This document shows positions 20,466 through 31,175 of a DNA stretch of 64,000 nucleotides, in pieces; positions within the stretch are counted from its first letter, which is position 1; every line of letters begins with the position of its first letter. Below the pieces are notes generated by a model that saw only the letters and a list, made by a program, of their open reading frames with translations, did not search any database and had not been told where the DNA came from. The stretch is taken from contig CAZAYY010000012.1 in assembly GCA_964489525.1 (NCBI GenBank), positions 65,320 through 129,319 of the forward strand, read 5' to 3'. Source of the DNA: an uncultured Anaerolineales bacterium. Its GTDB lineage: Bacteria > Chloroflexota > Anaerolineae > Anaerolineales > JABWBV01. The translations under genes were made by a program, and so were the position numbers.

Positions 20466-21263
20466 ATGTTTTCCCAGAAAAACCGCACCTATCGCCTAAA
20501 AAACAGCCATCTCCAGGATCCCCACCCTGTGGGGAAAATATCTCTTTCGGATGGTAATCCCTTAATCCGGCTGGTGAACTTATCCAAAGTGTACCGCAGC
20601 GCGGCGGGCAATTTTCCTGCGCTTCAACAGATCAATCTGGAAATTCAGCGAGGCCAATTTGTGGGTGTGGTGGGCAAATCGGGTGCCGGAAAATCGACCC
20701 TGGTGAATATGCTCACCGGAGTAGACACCCTGACCGAGGGAGAGTGCTGGGTAAATGGCACCCCCATTCACACCCTGGATGAAAACCAGGTTGCCCTCTG
20801 GCGAGGCCAAAACGTTGGCGTAGTTTACCAGTCGTTTCAATTGATGCCCATGCTGACCCTGGTGGATAATGTCATGCTGCCCATGGATTTCACGGGCAAG
20901 TTTACCCCACGCCCCAGCCGCGAAAAAGCCATCCAACTGCTCACAGCAGTGGAATTGGAAGAGCATATTCACAAAACCCCCAGCCTGCTCTCCGGCGGCC
21001 AGCAGCAGCGTGTGGCGATTGCCCGGGCACTGGCCAACGAACCTGGCATCCTGGTTGCCGATGAACCCACCGGAAATCTAGACACCGTTACAGCAGAACA
21101 CATCATCCAGCTTTTTGAAAGCCTGGTGGCCGAGGGAAAAACCGTCATCATGGCTACCCACGACAACGCGATGTCCGGGCGGTTTACCCATCTGATTCAA
21201 CTTAGCGATGGTCAGGTTGTGCATCAAGAACACCGCAGCAAACCTGTAAAGAGGGCACCATGA
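20466..21263 (+). CDS. ABC transporter ATP-binding protein (MacB/LolD/DevA-like), ATPase 1
   Basis: Walker [10 protein letters not shown], signature LSGGQQQRV, Walker [12 protein letters not shown]. About 30-aa N-terminal extension of uncertain reality. Confidence 0.85.
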   Translation: MFSQKNRTYRLKNSHLQDPHPVGKISLSDGNPLIRLVNLSKVYRSAAGNFPALQQINLEIQRGQFVGVVGKSGAGKSTLVNMLTGVDTLTEGECWVNGTPIHTLDENQVALWRGQNVGVVYQSFQLMPMLTLVDNVMLPMDFTGKFTPRPSREKAIQLLTAVELEEHIHKTPSLLSGGQQQRVAIARALANEPGILVADEPTGNLDTVTAEHIIQLFESLVAEGKTVIMATHDNAMSGRFTHLIQLSDGQVVHQEHRSKPVKRAP

Positions 21264-22477
21264 ACCGGACTGCCTCCAACCAGACCAACCCACCCGCCCT
21301 GATTGAGATGCGGGATATTACGAAAACCTTTCATACTGCCGCAGGTGAATTCCAGGCGCTAAAAGGTATCAACGTCTCCATCCATGCCGGAGAATTTGTG
21401 GCCGTGGTCGGTAAATCGGGCAGCGGCAAATCTACCCTGATCAATATGATCACTGGAATTGACCGGCCTACCTCCGGAAAAGTTATCATCAACGGTACCG
21501 ACATCCACGCGATGAGTGAAAGCCAGATGGCCATCTGGCGCGGTAAAAACCTGGGCATTGTCTTCCAGTTTTATCAGCTTTTACCGATGCTCAGCCTGCT
21601 GGAAAACGTCATGCTCCCCATGCAAATTGCCAATGTTTTCCCAGCCAACGAACACAAAGACAGGGCTTTGAACCTGCTGGAAATGGTTGGCCTGCAAAAG
21701 GAAGCCTATAAAATGCCTGCCGCAGTATCTGGCGGCCAGCAGCAAAGCGCTGCCATCGCCCGCGCCCTGGCTAACGACCCGACCATCCTGATCACCGATG
21801 AACCCACCGGCAACCTGGATTCGCGCTCGGCAGAAAACGTGTTCCAAATTTTTCACAACCTGGTTCAGCAGGGTAAAACAGTAGTCATTGTGACCCACGA
21901 CAACCAGCTTGCCCAACGCTCTAACCGCACATTGCTGCTCTCCGATGGCGAAGTGATCAACGAAACCATTGCCACCACCCTGCCCTTGTTAAGCCACCAG
22001 CAAATGCTGCGAGCTACCAAATCCCATAAACCTATGCAATACGCCCCGGGGGAAGTGATTATCCGCCAGGGAGAAAGCCATGGGTATTTTTACATGATTA
22101 ACCGGGGTTTTGTAGATGTCACCCTGGAAGAACCCAATGGCGGCGATCGGGCCATTGCCCGGCTTGGTCCTGGCCAATATTTTGGCGAAATCGAGCTGCT
22201 CCACGCCAGCAAACCCGTGGCTGGCATCCGGGCAGCGGGTGGAGAACCTGTTGAGCTGATTGCCCTCGACCGGCAGATATTCAATGAACTGATGGCAGAT
22301 GCAACCGCCATGCGAGCTGCAATTTACAAAGTATCCCAAGAACGGTTGGGCGAACACCAGGCCCGGGGCGGACAGCCCAGGCCAGGCTCAACCATGCAGC
22401 GCAGCCTGTTCTCACGCCTGGCAAAACGGCTGCGCCCGACACGCTCGGCAAGTATTAAGGAAAATGGCGATGTTTAG
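21260..22477 (+). CDS. ABC transporter ATP-binding protein fused to a C-terminal cyclic-nucleotide-binding domain, ATPase 2
   Basis: ATGA overlap with ATPase 1. Walker [10 protein letters not shown], signature VSGGQQQSA, Walker [12 protein letters not shown]. The C-terminal ~130 aa carry cNMP-domain motifs (GEVIIRQGE..., [12 protein letters not shown]..., IRAAG). Confidence 0.85.
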   Translation: MNRTASNQTNPPALIEMRDITKTFHTAAGEFQALKGINVSIHAGEFVAVVGKSGSGKSTLINMITGIDRPTSGKVIINGTDIHAMSESQMAIWRGKNLGIVFQFYQLLPMLSLLENVMLPMQIANVFPANEHKDRALNLLEMVGLQKEAYKMPAAVSGGQQQSAAIARALANDPTILITDEPTGNLDSRSAENVFQIFHNLVQQGKTVVIVTHDNQLAQRSNRTLLLSDGEVINETIATTLPLLSHQQMLRATKSHKPMQYAPGEVIIRQGESHGYFYMINRGFVDVTLEEPNGGDRAIARLGPGQYFGEIELLHASKPVAGIRAAGGEPVELIALDRQIFNELMADATAMRAAIYKVSQERLGEHQARGGQPRPGSTMQRSLFSRLAKRLRPTRSASIKENGDV

Positions 22478-24869
22478 ACCCCGCTGGCGTAAAGTAATCA
22501 GCGATTTGTGGGACAATAAGGCCCGCACCCTGTTGGTGATTGCCTCCATCGCCATCGGGGTTTTTGCTGTTGGCATGATTGCCGGCGCCTACATCCTCAT
22601 TCCGGAAGGGATGAACACCAGCTACGCCAGCGCCAACCCCGCAAACACCCGTTTATCCACCACGGGGTTAGATGAAGATTTCGTGCAAAGCCTGCGCCGC
22701 ATTTCAGGTGTGGACCAGGTTGAAGGCGAACGCGCCTTCACGGTGCGGGTTCAACTTGGCCCCGATCAATGGGCATCCTTGGAACTGGCCGCAAAGAAAG
22801 ACTATACCCGGCAAGAAATCAACATTCTTAAACCATTCGCGGGGCAAGCCTACCCCGAACGGCGCGAAGTCGTTTTGTTTGCCCCTGCCCTGGCAGAATT
22901 GAACACCACCATCGGCGAATCCATTACCATCCAACTTCCCGATGGCACCCTGCGCTCCCTCCAGGTGGTTGGCACAACCAAAGATCTGACCGCCGGGCTG
23001 GAAGGCATTTTGAACAAACGCAAAGGGTTTGTCAGCTTCGACACCCTCCCCTGGCTGCTTCAACCCGAAAGCTACAACCAGCTCTTAATCACCATCTCCG
23101 GAGATAAAAACAACCTGGACGACATCCAGGCGGTTTCTGAAAGAATCAATGAACAAATAGAATCGAGTGGGGGCATGGTGTTCAATACCACCAACAATCC
23201 ACAAAACCAACATCCCCTCGGCTACATTGTCCAGGCAGTTCTGGGCGTTCTCAGTTTGCTTGGCGTGCTGGTGGTGTTTTTAAGCAGCTCGCTCATCGCC
23301 AACACGCTAAATTCTTTGCTCAGCCAACAGCTTCGCCAAATTGGCGTGATGAAATTAATTGGAGGGCGCAGCCTGCAAATTATTGGGATGTACCTGACGT
23401 TCATTTTGCTGCTCAGCCTGGTGGCCCTGGCAATTGCCATTCCCAGCGGTGCAGCCGTGGCCTACTGGATGTCGGCCCAACTGGCAGAACTGATTAACAT
23501 TGAATTGGCCCGCACCTCCCCAGTGCCGATCATTCCCGAAGCAGTTCTGCTTCAAATGGTGATTGCAATCGGTGTACCCTTGCTGGCCGGCATCTTCCCC
23601 GTGCGCAGTGGAGCGCGCACCACGGTTCAGGAAGCTGTGAGTGGAGCAGCCAACCTGGGAGACCCCAGCGGCCGGCGCAGCCGTTTTGACCGCTGGATTG
23701 AATCCATCCGCTGGGTAAAAGGCCCCAACCTGGTGGCCATTCGCAACACCTTCCGGCGCAAGAGCCGGCTTGCCCTCACACTGTTCACCCTGGCGCTGGG
23801 CGGGTCCATTTTCATCTCGGTTTTCAACGTTCAAATTGCCCTCAACCGCAAAGTGGAAGATATCACCCAATATTTCACTGCTGATGTAAACATTGATTTC
23901 AGCCAGAGCTACCTGGTGGAAGAAATTCAGCAAATTGGAATGCGTGTTCCTGGTGTGGTGCGAGTCGAAGGCTGGGCAGCCACCGCCGTCGATTGGGTTG
24001 GGTCGAGCGGCGCAACCATAGATACCATTACCATTCTCGCCCCCCCCGGAGAGTCCGACCTGATCACCCCCATTTTGCTTGAAGGCCGTTGGGTGCAGCC
24101 TGGGGATGGCAAAGTGCTGGCCATTAACGAGGCGTTTTACGACCTGGCCCCCGACCTAAAAGCAGGCGATTTCATCACCATCAATATTCTCGGCAAAGAA
24201 GAAACCTGGCAGGTGGTGGGCATTTTCCAATACGCCGGTCTGGACCGTCTTTTTGCCTATTCTACTTATGAAACCCTTTCGCGCACGCTCAACGAACCCA
24301 ACCGGGCCCGCACCTACCGGATTGTGACCGAACAGCACGACCTGGCTTACCAGGAAAGGCTTGCTTCCCAGGTAGATTCGCTCTACCGTGACCGCGGCTT
24401 CCAGGTTTCATCCACCGAGGCCGGGCAGAGTTTTACCGCAACCATCACCGAGCTGCTGGGGGTTCTGACGATTGTGCTGCTCATCCTGGCCATCATGACC
24501 GCGCTGGTGGGCAGTATTGGTTTGGCAGGTACATTAAGCATGAATGTACTCGAACGCACCCGCGAAATTGGCGTTATGCGTGCCATTGGCGCTTACGACC
24601 AGGTTGTCATTCAACTGGTGGTCGTCGAAGGACTGTTAATTGGAGTTTTCAGCTACATCCTGGCTGTGTTGCTTTCTTTCCCAATCACCAGTGTACTCTC
24701 CAACATCATCAGCCAGGCAATGTTTAACAGCCCGGCAAACTTCGCCTTTACCACAAACGGATTTATCATCTGGTTGGTGGTGGTGCTGGCGCTTTCAGCC
24801 TTTGCAAGCGTCATCCCGGCCCGCAGTGCAGCGCGCATGACCATCCGGGAGGTGCTGGCATATGAATAA
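22464..24869 (+). CDS. ABC transporter permease with two FtsX domains (MacB/DevC-like)
   Basis: ATG at 22464 overlaps the end of ATPase 2. N-terminal RWRKVISDLWDNKARTLLV. Two large extracytoplasmic loops, each followed by an FtsX-type 3-helix bundle. Confidence 0.85.
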   Translation: MAMFRPRWRKVISDLWDNKARTLLVIASIAIGVFAVGMIAGAYILIPEGMNTSYASANPANTRLSTTGLDEDFVQSLRRISGVDQVEGERAFTVRVQLGPDQWASLELAAKKDYTRQEINILKPFAGQAYPERREVVLFAPALAELNTTIGESITIQLPDGTLRSLQVVGTTKDLTAGLEGILNKRKGFVSFDTLPWLLQPESYNQLLITISGDKNNLDDIQAVSERINEQIESSGGMVFNTTNNPQNQHPLGYIVQAVLGVLSLLGVLVVFLSSSLIANTLNSLLSQQLRQIGVMKLIGGRSLQIIGMYLTFILLLSLVALAIAIPSGAAVAYWMSAQLAELINIELARTSPVPIIPEAVLLQMVIAIGVPLLAGIFPVRSGARTTVQEAVSGAANLGDPSGRRSRFDRWIESIRWVKGPNLVAIRNTFRRKSRLALTLFTLALGGSIFISVFNVQIALNRKVEDITQYFTADVNIDFSQSYLVEEIQQIGMRVPGVVRVEGWAATAVDWVGSSGATIDTITILAPPGESDLITPILLEGRWVQPGDGKVLAINEAFYDLAPDLKAGDFITINILGKEETWQVVGIFQYAGLDRLFAYSTYETLSRTLNEPNRARTYRIVTEQHDLAYQERLASQVDSLYRDRGFQVSSTEAGQSFTATITELLGVLTIVLLILAIMTALVGSIGLAGTLSMNVLERTREIGVMRAIGAYDQVVIQLVVVEGLLIGVFSYILAVLLSFPITSVLSNIISQAMFNSPANFAFTTNGFIIWLVVVLALSAFASVIPARSAARMTIREVLAYE

Positions 24870-24958
24870 TCGAACCCAACTGCCTTTCCAAGCCACGAAT
24901 GGAGGCCAGGACAGGCATAAAACTAACTACTTTGGGTAAAAAACCAAGGAGCGGAACC

Positions 24959-26125
24959 ATGAAAAAAACGCAATGGATGTTATGGATCGGGCTTGCAGCG
25001 TTTGCGCTGTCTGGCTGCTCGCTGTTTGAAACAGCCTCCCCCACCCCCACCGCGGCTGCGCCTGCGATCACATCGCCTGAAATCGTCATTGCCGAAGGTT
25101 ACCTTGTGCCAGCTCGTTTCATGTCCCTGGCCTTTTCTGCCAACGGGACGATTGTTGAGATTCTGGTAGAAGAGGGGGATGCGGTTGTTGAAGACCAGGT
25201 TTTAGCCCGGCTTGGAGACCGGGAAGCCATCACAGCCCAGCTGTCTGCTGCCCGTCTGGAGCGTCTGAAAACCTCCCAACAGCTCGACACCCTGAACAAA
25301 ACCGCAGCCCTGGCGAAAGCCCAGGCCAACCAGGATGTACTTACAGCCCGGCAGGCACTGATTGAAGCCCAGGCTGCTTTAGACGCGATCAACATGCAGG
25401 ACTTTCGCACCGCCCTGGATGACGCACTGTTAGAAATCAACGATACCAAAACCGCATTGGAAGATGCCCAAGAAGCCTTTGATGATGTCGCCGACCTTTC
25501 AAGCGACAACCCCGAACGCACGGCAAGCGAGGCAACCCTTGAAACCGCCCAGGATGCCTACCAGGCAGCCGTACGAGCCCGTCAACTCATCCAGCTTTCG
25601 TATGACCGGGCAAAAGAGGGGGTTGACCTTGCCCAGGCTGGTTTGGATGAGGCCAATCGGAAAACTGCCCTTCTCGAAAATGGTCCAGACCCAGACGCCC
25701 TGGCCCAACTGACGGCCGCCCTGGCCACCATTGATGATCAGATTGCTGCACTGGAAAGCCAACTTGCCTACCTGGAAATCCGCGCCCCATACGCCGGCAC
25801 TATTGCCTGGTTGGATATGGATGTAAATGAGCAAGCCGCTCCCGGAAAACCGGTAATCACGCTGGCCGATACCCGCACCTGGTATGTAGAGACCGACGAC
25901 CTGACCGAAATTGAAGTGGTGAATATCGCTGTTGGACAGCGAATCAGCATCGAACCAGATGCCCTGCCCGGCCTGGAAATTGCCGGGGAAGTTGAAAGCA
26001 TCAGCAATATCCCGGTTACCAAGCGCGGGGATATTACCTATACTGCCCGAATCCGGCTCGACCCTGTGGATGAAGAGCGCTTGCGCTGGGGAATGACCGT
26101 TACGGTCCGGTTCGACAACCCGTAA
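24959..26125 (+). CDS. HlyD/MacA/DevB-family periplasmic adaptor (membrane fusion) lipoprotein
   Basis: ATG at 24959. Signal peptide plus LSGCS lipobox. Long coiled-coil Ala/Gln/Leu-rich hairpin region. C-terminal beta-barrel segment. Confidence 0.8.
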   Translation: MKKTQWMLWIGLAAFALSGCSLFETASPTPTAAAPAITSPEIVIAEGYLVPARFMSLAFSANGTIVEILVEEGDAVVEDQVLARLGDREAITAQLSAARLERLKTSQQLDTLNKTAALAKAQANQDVLTARQALIEAQAALDAINMQDFRTALDDALLEINDTKTALEDAQEAFDDVADLSSDNPERTASEATLETAQDAYQAAVRARQLIQLSYDRAKEGVDLAQAGLDEANRKTALLENGPDPDALAQLTAALATIDDQIAALESQLAYLEIRAPYAGTIAWLDMDVNEQAAPGKPVITLADTRTWYVETDDLTEIEVVNIAVGQRISIEPDALPGLEIAGEVESISNIPVTKRGDITYTARIRLDPVDEERLRWGMTVTVRFDNP

Positions 26126-26154
26126 CAACCCAACCTGCCTGATGTGAAAATATA

Positions 26155-26190
26155 TCCCTGCCGGTTCGGTTCCCGGCAGGGATTTTTTTT
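26155..26190 (+). terminator. Rho-independent terminator after the exporter operon
   Basis: 10-bp stem (26155-26164 tccctgccgg / 26173-26182 ccggcaggga) followed by a T8 run (26183-26190). Confidence 0.8.
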
Positions 26191-26229
26191 GGGAAACCCA
26201 CTTTGGCCACGTTTTGTTTACAGAAAAGT

Positions 26230-27024
26230 CTACTTCTGTGTGAAACCGCGTAAAAGCAAATAGCCGCCACCCAAAATCAGCAGTATCGCACCCAGGTATT
26301 CCACCCCATCGGTAAACACCAGAAACCCAAGCCCAATAATTGCCAATGGAATTGTGGGATATTTTGCCCAATCTGTAGGTGAGATATGCCTGCGCAGCCA
26401 TAGAACGCCAAAAGTGACCGCCCAACCTAAGAACATGACCCCGACCGCAAACGTACCCTGGCTAAACACCCCCTCAATACCGGTCAGCAGAATCATAACC
26501 CCGATGCTGGTTAGAATCCCCGCAGGAATCATCGCCCACCAATTGGGAATCGAAAGAAAGAACACCAGGAAAAAGGGAGCTGCAACCCCAAACAACACCA
26601 GGGCGGCAATCGCTTCACCTGGTGCATAATCGGCAAAAACCAAAATCAGCATCACCACGAACATTGACCAGGCAGGAATTAAGGCCCACCAATTCGCTTT
26701 TCGATTCACCAGGTATGCTGCTAAAAACGGTAATCCCACACCCGCAATTACCGGAGCAGCAACAATCGCATCCCCAATACCCCGGTCTGCCATAAAAATG
26801 GTTGCTGCGATCCCCATAAAAATGGTAGCCGGGAAAAGCCAACCCCAGGCTGATACTCCCTCTGTAAAGTAGCCAGCCAAAAACAAAAATCCGGCACCCA
26901 GGAAAATCAACGTCCAGGCTGACGGGGCAAAAGCATCCAGCAATCCGAGCGTTTGCGCCAGAAAAAGCCCTCCAGCCCCAATGAGCGCCAGGCCAAGTGG
27001 AATATTACCCTTTTTGGATTTCAT
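26230..27024 (-). CDS. Polytopic membrane protein, unknown function (internal repeats)
   Basis: 264 aa, almost entirely hydrophobic helices. Repeated NWWALIPAW / NWWAMIPAG segments. I did not recognise a family. Confidence 0.6.
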   Translation of the reverse strand: MKSKKGNIPLGLALIGAGGLFLAQTLGLLDAFAPSAWTLIFLGAGFLFLAGYFTEGVSAWGWLFPATIFMGIAATIFMADRGIGDAIVAAPVIAGVGLPFLAAYLVNRKANWWALIPAWSMFVVMLILVFADYAPGEAIAALVLFGVAAPFFLVFFLSIPNWWAMIPAGILTSIGVMILLTGIEGVFSQGTFAVGVMFLGWAVTFGVLWLRRHISPTDWAKYPTIPLAIIGLGFLVFTDGVEYLGAILLILGGGYLLLRGFTQK

Positions 27025-27283
27025 ATCGCATCCTCCGAAATTGATTCGCTGAAAATCAAACGTTCAGCACGTTTTTACTCATCATACCCGCCCGTTCCTC
27101 TTGAAATCATCAACGTGAGGATCTTGGCTTATATTAATTTTAAATGAACATTCCCCAATTTGCAATTGAAAAGCAGACCGATCTCAAGAAAATTCCCCAT
27201 AAAAAGCAAAACTGGTTATAATCGTATCATTCCCAACCCTGGAAGCACCGGGGCTGGTATTTTGTTATGACCGAGGCTGCTTT

Positions 27284-29230
27284 ATGACTTCTAACCGGAA
27301 AATTGGACGCTATGAGGTCACAGGTGAGTTGGGCCGGGGCGGTATGGCCACGGTCTTTCAAGCCTTTGATCCGCAGTTTAAAAGAGATGTGGCGATTAAG
27401 GTGTTGCCCCGCGAATTTCTCCATCAGGAATTGTTCCGGGTTCGTTTTCTTCAAGAAGCCACCACAGTAGCCTCCCTGGAACACCCTTCTATCGTACCTG
27501 TGTATGACTTTGGGGATGATGCCGGGCAGCCCTACCTTGTGATGCGCTTTATGAAAGGGGGGCAGTTGGGCGACCGGATCCGCAAAGGACGCATGAACAT
27601 TGTAGAAACCGCCCAAATTATCGGGCAGCTTGCTCCCGCGTTGGATTATGCCCACCAACGCGGCATTGTCCATCGCGACCTTAAGCCCGACAACATCATG
27701 TTCGACGAACACGGGCAGGCCTACCTGACCGATTTTGGCATCGCCAAGCTCACAGAATCCACCGGAACCTTAACCGGGGACGCCATCATTGGCACGCCGG
27801 CCTACATGAGTCCCGAACAAGCCCGCGGCGATGAAGACATTGACGGCCGCAGCGATATTTATTCCATGGGCGTGATTGTCTTTGAAATGTTGGCTGGTGT
27901 GGTTCCCTACCAGGCCACCTCCCCGATGGGGCAGGCCGTCAAACATATCACCGATCCCGTTCCAAACATTCAGGAAGCAGCAGGCGATTTACCCTACGCC
28001 CTACAAGTCATCATCGAGAAGGTGATGAGCAAAAACAAACACCTGCGTTTCCAAACCGCCCGTGAGTTTGCCAACGCACTGAGGTTGGTGGCTGGTGGTG
28101 AAATGCCCGATTCGATCACCGACGTGGTTAAACCCACCATGGCAAAAATGATGCGGGATGAAGTTGCCTCCATCGAAGGCTCCCGGCCAACCCAACCCGG
28201 CACGCCCATAAACCCCACAGCAGAACAAAGCCAGGCCGCCCCAACCGCCCGGGCGGGCCGCAATAATTTGTTGCTTTATGGCGGTCTGGCCGCCATCGGT
28301 TTGGTGGTTGTACTGGTGCTCGCCTTTGTGTTAGGGCGGGGCAGTTCTGCTGCGCAAAGCCCAACCGATATTCCCCCTACCCAGGTTGAAGTGAATACGG
28401 CAGCCACCCAGGAAGCCCAACTTCAGCAGACACAAACGGTTCTGGCCCTGGAATTGGAAGCAACCCGCACATCCGCAACCGCCGAGGCGCTGGCGGCCCT
28501 GGCCACCCAATCGGCCCAACCCACCCCTGAACCGACTCCAACCAGCATCCCTGAAACCGAGGAGCCAGGCCCAACCGCCAGCAATTCCAACATTCGCACC
28601 TCATTCTCGGAAGATGAGGGTTTCTTTAACCTCTTTGACGGAATTCGGATTGAAAACGATGCCCTATTCATGGGACCGTTTGAAAAGTGTGCCCTGGATG
28701 TGGGCCGGGCGTCGGCTGGCTGCCTGGCCGTTTGCACCGCCTGTGGGTTCGCCACCGATTTTTCGATGACTTATGAATCCAGTTTTGTAGACGGTCGTCC
28801 CTGGAAATTGTTCGGGGTTGCCCTGCGCTTCCTGGATGAAGATGAGGACGGCATTATTGACCCCGAAGATTACTTCCTCGGTTGGGCATACAGTGTTGCT
28901 GTTCGCTCGGAATTCCCCGAAGCCCGTTGGACAATGTACGAACACCTGCCAAACGCAACGAACAACCCCTGGGTTTTCCTGGACAGCGAAATTTCAAACC
29001 TGCCCCCAACCCCGCGCCTGCCCAGCCTGATCCGGATTGAAAGCAGTGAAAACGGAAAATATATCGAAATCTACATGAATGACGTGCGCATGATCCGGTT
29101 CACCAATGAAACCCCCAAGCCGGGCGAAAAACTGGTACGAAACATGCCCCAAAGCGGTTTTGTGGGTTTTTGGGTAGTAGAGAAAGAAATAACCGTCAAA
29201 TACGAAAACTTCCGCTTCGAACCGAAATAA
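27284..29230 (+). CDS. Ser/Thr protein kinase with one TM helix and a ConA/DUF1080-like ectodomain
   Basis: Hanks motifs GRGGMATVF, AIK, HRDLKPDN, DFG and GTPAYMSPE. TM helix LLLYGGLAAIGLVVVLVLAFVL. The C-terminal beta-rich domain ends VKYENFRFEPK. Confidence 0.9.
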   Translation: MTSNRKIGRYEVTGELGRGGMATVFQAFDPQFKRDVAIKVLPREFLHQELFRVRFLQEATTVASLEHPSIVPVYDFGDDAGQPYLVMRFMKGGQLGDRIRKGRMNIVETAQIIGQLAPALDYAHQRGIVHRDLKPDNIMFDEHGQAYLTDFGIAKLTESTGTLTGDAIIGTPAYMSPEQARGDEDIDGRSDIYSMGVIVFEMLAGVVPYQATSPMGQAVKHITDPVPNIQEAAGDLPYALQVIIEKVMSKNKHLRFQTAREFANALRLVAGGEMPDSITDVVKPTMAKMMRDEVASIEGSRPTQPGTPINPTAEQSQAAPTARAGRNNLLLYGGLAAIGLVVVLVLAFVLGRGSSAAQSPTDIPPTQVEVNTAATQEAQLQQTQTVLALELEATRTSATAEALAALATQSAQPTPEPTPTSIPETEEPGPTASNSNIRTSFSEDEGFFNLFDGIRIENDALFMGPFEKCALDVGRASAGCLAVCTACGFATDFSMTYESSFVDGRPWKLFGVALRFLDEDEDGIIDPEDYFLGWAYSVAVRSEFPEARWTMYEHLPNATNNPWVFLDSEISNLPPTPRLPSLIRIESSENGKYIEIYMNDVRMIRFTNETPKPGEKLVRNMPQSGFVGFWVVEKEITVKYENFRFEPK

Positions 29231-29272
29231 CCAGCACCCTGAAAGCACTGCACTCCCAACGGTACAAATTCG

Positions 29273-29302
29273 AAAAACCCCGGCTTCTGGCCGGGGTTTT
29301 TT
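29273..29302. terminator. Bidirectional rho-independent terminator between the kinase gene and rnhB
   Basis: A5-CCCCGGC-loop-GCCGGGG-T6: a GC stem flanked by an A-run and a T-run. Confidence 0.75.
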
Positions 29303-29303
29303 C

Positions 29304-29954
29304 TCAAGAACCAACCCTGGCAAACGTGAATCGGTGTTCCGGGCACGGCCCAAAACGGGCCAGGGCATCCAGGTGGGCTGCCACACCATACCCTTTATTT
29401 TGCAGAAAACCATAAGCGGGATATTGGCTGGCAAGTGAATTCATCCAGGCGTCGCGGCTGGTTTTCGCCAATACAGCGCCAGCGGCAATCGAAAGGCTGC
29501 GGGCATCGCCCTTAATCAGGGTGGTTTGTGGAATGGGCACATCGGGCAGGGCAAGGGCATCCACCAACAGGTGGTCTGGCAGGGGCTCCAGGTTCAACAA
29601 AGCCCGGCGAATGGCCAGCCGCGTGGCAGGCACAATGCCCAACTGGTCAATTTCGGCAGCGCTGGCAAACCCAACCGCCCAGGCAGCAGCTGCCGCTTTT
29701 ACCCGCACCGCAAATTTTTCCCGGCTGTCGGCTTGCATTTCTTTACTATCCCTCAAGCCAATTAAACCGGCTTCTGCCAGGTTCAGCCCACTGGGAAAAA
29801 CCGCACAACCGGCAGCCACCGGGCCTGCCAATGCACCCCGCCCGGCTTCGTCCACACCTGCAACCCAACGCAGTCCACTGCGCCAGAGGGCAGTTTCAAA
29901 GTGCAAATCTGGCGCTGGAGGAAGCTGGCTGAGGTCAAACTTTTGGCGAGGCAT
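29304..29954 (-). CDS. rnhB: Ribonuclease HII
   Basis: Start at MPRQKF (29954). Catalytic GVDEAGRGALAGPV and SKEM motifs, plus the C-terminal KGYG...H signature. Confidence 0.9.
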   Translation of the reverse strand: MPRQKFDLSQLPPAPDLHFETALWRSGLRWVAGVDEAGRGALAGPVAAGCAVFPSGLNLAEAGLIGLRDSKEMQADSREKFAVRVKAAAAAWAVGFASAAEIDQLGIVPATRLAIRRALLNLEPLPDHLLVDALALPDVPIPQTTLIKGDARSLSIAAGAVLAKTSRDAWMNSLASQYPAYGFLQNKGYGVAAHLDALARFGPCPEHRFTFARVGS

Positions 29955-30170
29955 AGATTGGCATGGGCACAACAGCACAAAAGGGTATCTTTCAGGGTTT
30001 GATTATAGTATATTACAGGAGCAAATCAGGTTTGCAGTTGGGCAGTTACCGCAATCACATCCAAGGACCAGTCTACAAGAATTCTATTCTTAAACAGTGC
30101 AGCCCCTGCATCATTCTCAACCGATTTTTTCGGAAGGCAAAAAATACCCTGACCCTGAAAAGGAGCCACG

Positions 30171-30956
30171 ATGAAGATTACCACCTGGAACGTCAATGGA
30201 CTGCGGGCCTTGCTGCGCAAAAATGGCTGGGAGTGGATCCGGCAGCATGACGCAGACATCATTTGCCTGCAAGAAATCAAAGCTCGCCCGGAACAGCTTA
30301 CCCCAGACGAACTGGCCCTTTTTGCCCCCTACCAGGCGTGTTGGAACCCGGCTGACCGCCCTGGATACAGCGGCACCCTCACATTGGTCAAAAACATCCC
30401 GGTTCAATTTGAAACCGGGTTGGGGGTTCCCCTTTTTGACACGGAAGGCAGAGTGGTTAAAACCTTTTTTGAAAATATCATTTTGTTTAATATTTACTTT
30501 CCCAATGGCGGGCGCGACCACAGCCGGGTTCCCTTTAAGTTGGACTTTTACGCAGAGCTGCTCCACCAGTGTGATGCCCTCCACAGTGCGGGGCGCCATC
30601 TGATTATTTGTGGCGACATCAACACTGCCCACCAGGAAATTGACTTAAAAAACCCAAAATCAAACCAAAACACCACCGGGTTTCTTCCCGAAGAACGCGC
30701 CTGGGTAAGCAAATACCTGGAAAGTGGTTTTGTGGATGTATTCCGAAACCTTTATCCCAAAAAAATCCAATATACATGGTGGTCGTACATCGGAAGCGCT
30801 CGTGCCCGCAACGTGGGTTGGCGGTTGGATTACTTCCTGGCGAGCACAAATCTGGTTCCGCAAGTGAGCAGCGTGATGATTCATGATGATGTGCCCGGTT
30901 CCGACCACTGCCCGGTCACGCTGCATCTTGAAACCCGCAGCCAGACAGTCGGTTGA
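30171..30956 (+). CDS. xth: Exodeoxyribonuclease III
   Basis: MKITTWNVNGLRA, LQEIK, ICGDINTAH, WWSY and final SDHCPV motifs. GGAG RBS. Confidence 0.9.
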   Translation: MKITTWNVNGLRALLRKNGWEWIRQHDADIICLQEIKARPEQLTPDELALFAPYQACWNPADRPGYSGTLTLVKNIPVQFETGLGVPLFDTEGRVVKTFFENIILFNIYFPNGGRDHSRVPFKLDFYAELLHQCDALHSAGRHLIICGDINTAHQEIDLKNPKSNQNTTGFLPEERAWVSKYLESGFVDVFRNLYPKKIQYTWWSYIGSARARNVGWRLDYFLASTNLVPQVSSVMIHDDVPGSDHCPVTLHLETRSQTVG

Positions 30957-30995
30957 TTTCCGCTTAAAACAACTATTAATCAGCCTCCTTGCGCG

Positions 30996-31175
30996 CAAAT
31001 TCTGGCAATTCGCGGCAAATGGCTGCGGCCTCTTCCAAAGAAAAGAAAGATTTCTCAGTCGCTTCGCCCTTTCGAAACGACACGCAAAAGATGGTCAAAT
31101 TACCCCTGAACCCGCACACCTGGGATAAAGTCTCCAGACCTTACTTCACACAAATTCGCGCAATTCACGGCAAAT
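30996..31175. repeat. Pair of 25-nt direct repeats in a 417-bp non-coding spacer
   Basis: caaattcTGgcaattcGcggcaaat (30996-31020) versus caaattcGCgcaattcAcggcaaat (31151-31175), matching 22/25. Confidence 0.5.

Noticed and set aside
25499-26425. 308-aa minus-strand ORF
   Set aside because: It is antisense to the HlyD adaptor gene and runs through its terminator into the next gene. The plus-strand frame has a lipoprotein signal and coiled-coil adaptor features.
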